Shown here: positions 62,341-64,000 of the stretch, piece after piece
How the letters are laid out: each line of letters begins with the position of its first letter
Numbering within the stretch: the first letter of the stretch is position 1
From: Octopus sinensis
Taxonomy: Eukaryota
DNA: 64,000 nt
NCBI RefSeq assembly: GCF_006345805.1
Contig: NC_043005.1
Location: forward strand, 89,962,001-90,026,000
Direction: 5' to 3'
Notes under the pieces: generated by a model
Seen by the model: only the letters and a program-made list of their open reading frames with translations
Database searches by the model: none
What the model was told of the DNA's origin: nothing
Position numbers and translations under genes: made by a program

Positions 62341-63703
62341 TTCTACACGTGATCTTTCTCTTGAAAACAAATGTATTATGTAATTACTTCTAAATTAACA
62401 TTATCAAATTTTAATGGTAATTTTACAATGAAATATTGTCACAAATTTTGGAAGATCTTTAAATATTTCAATTCTTAATTATAATTACGTTTTGTATAAT
62501 ATATAATAAGCATGATTTTTCTAAAAATGTTTAGTATATTTAGTATATAGATAACTGATTGTTGTGATGTAGGATCTCAATATTTCTGGATGACGTGACG
62601 TAGAATTCATATGTTTATTTTTATTCTTTCGTTATCGACTGACGTCATCAAAGGTTTAATGCTAGTTTGGCTCTTCTTAGAATGTTATATTTCTCCTCAA
62701 CGTTCTTCTAGTGTGTGTTCGTGTACCGGAGATATTTTCTCCACTTCTATTTTTTACTTGTTTTAGTCATTAGGCTGCGTCCATGCTGGGGCACCTTGAA
62801 ATGTTTTTAGTCGAACAAATCAACCTCAGGACTTATCTTTTAAAAAGTCTGGTACTTATTTTATCAGTTCTTTTTTGTTGAACCATTAAGTTACAGGGAG
62901 CAAACACTCTAACATTGGTTGTAAAGCGAGGATGGAGGACAAACACAAACACAAAGACACACAGACATACATACATACACACACAAATACACACATATAT
63001 ATAAGGTAGAAAATATTTTAATATTTTTCATCTTTTCTCTTTCTCTCTCTCTATCTCCCTATATACAAATATATATATACGACATGCTTCTTTCAGTTTC
63101 CATCTACCAAATTCAGTCTCAAAGCTTTGGTTGGTCTGGAGTTATGGTAAAAGACACTTGCCCAAGGTGCCACGCAGAGTGACTGAACTCGGAACCACGT
63201 GATTGGCAAGCAAGCTTCTTGCCACACAGCCACGCCTGCGCCTATTGCTCACTTTGCATTTAACTAATTTTTGGATTACCTTGGAAACGTGTTAACATGT
63301 ATTTTCAGATGTATCAGTTTGAATGATATTCCTTGTATCTAAATATGGCGATACAACAAAAATGGTCGACATCTTTCTTTGGTGAATTCAACAATTAAAG
63401 ATGTGATTTTCTCTATCCCTAATTTTGTGGTCTAATGCTCTGAATTTCTTGAAATTCATCTAAATGCTATTTAGATCTATTCGTCATCCGTAAGGAATTA
63501 CTTTCGATGTGTATTCTACTTGCATTGATTGGTGTCTGATTGCTGGATATTGTTAAACAAATTCGGTTAAAGATGGGTGATTTATTGACTTCTGCCTGGA
63601 TTTTGTTTCACCCCTTTTCTCTTCTTAATACATACATACATACATACATACATACATACATACATACATACATACATGCATGCATGCATACATACATACA
63701 TAA

Positions 63704-63735
<32 letters not shown>

Positions 63736-64000
63736 TCAACAAATAAGAAAATGGAGTTAATACAAAAAAGACATACATCAGCCGATGGACAGTCTCGTAT
63801 GTCTATTTATTCCAATGTATTAGAATGTATTAGAAGAATACATACTCATGTACTAATATTACAGAAAATAGCAAAAGATCAGACTGTCAGTGGATACTAG
63901 TTCCTTACATCCGTTTCTGTCAAGAGGCAACGAAATCCTCCATGCCATCTCTATCTTTTCAGTGTTCTGTAGTGATGGGGACACAAAGTTTGGATGATGA

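Overview
Microsatellite-rich eukaryotic genomic DNA. The SINE, Helentron-like and LINE content matches what I recognise from Octopus genomes; this is recognition, not a database search. The only host genes are two tandem, same-strand (+) SLC22 organic cation/anion transporter paralogues, reconstructed by hand from GT-AG boundaries and matching phases. Gene A has its last 6 coding exons at 1702-17006, with the 5' exons outside the window. Gene B has its first 4 coding exons at 37818-59353 and continues past the window. Together they define a 9-exon, ~528-aa MFS transporter. Everything else is transposon-derived: a near full-length Tx1/L1-clade LINE with a (TATC)n tail, four R4/Dong-like restriction-like-endonuclease LINE pieces all joined to (TAA)n-type arrays, RTE and CR1 pieces, an RT-less Gypsy with one LTR, Tc1 and mariner fossils, Helentron-like non-autonomous elements, tRNA-derived SINEs and several Penelope-like (PLE) fragments. 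The most interesting signals are: (i) five type-I hammerhead ribozyme motifs tied to PLE remnants, four on the sense strand of SLC22 introns and one with a fully intact core; (ii) retroelements partitioned by microsatellite type, including an apparent (GATA)n-nesting Tx1; (iii) a C2H2 zinc-finger remnant fused to a Tc1 transposase end; (iv) a nested fold-back palindrome; and (v) intron fossils that record the SLC22 duplication. Most ORF-track entries are microsatellite artefacts.
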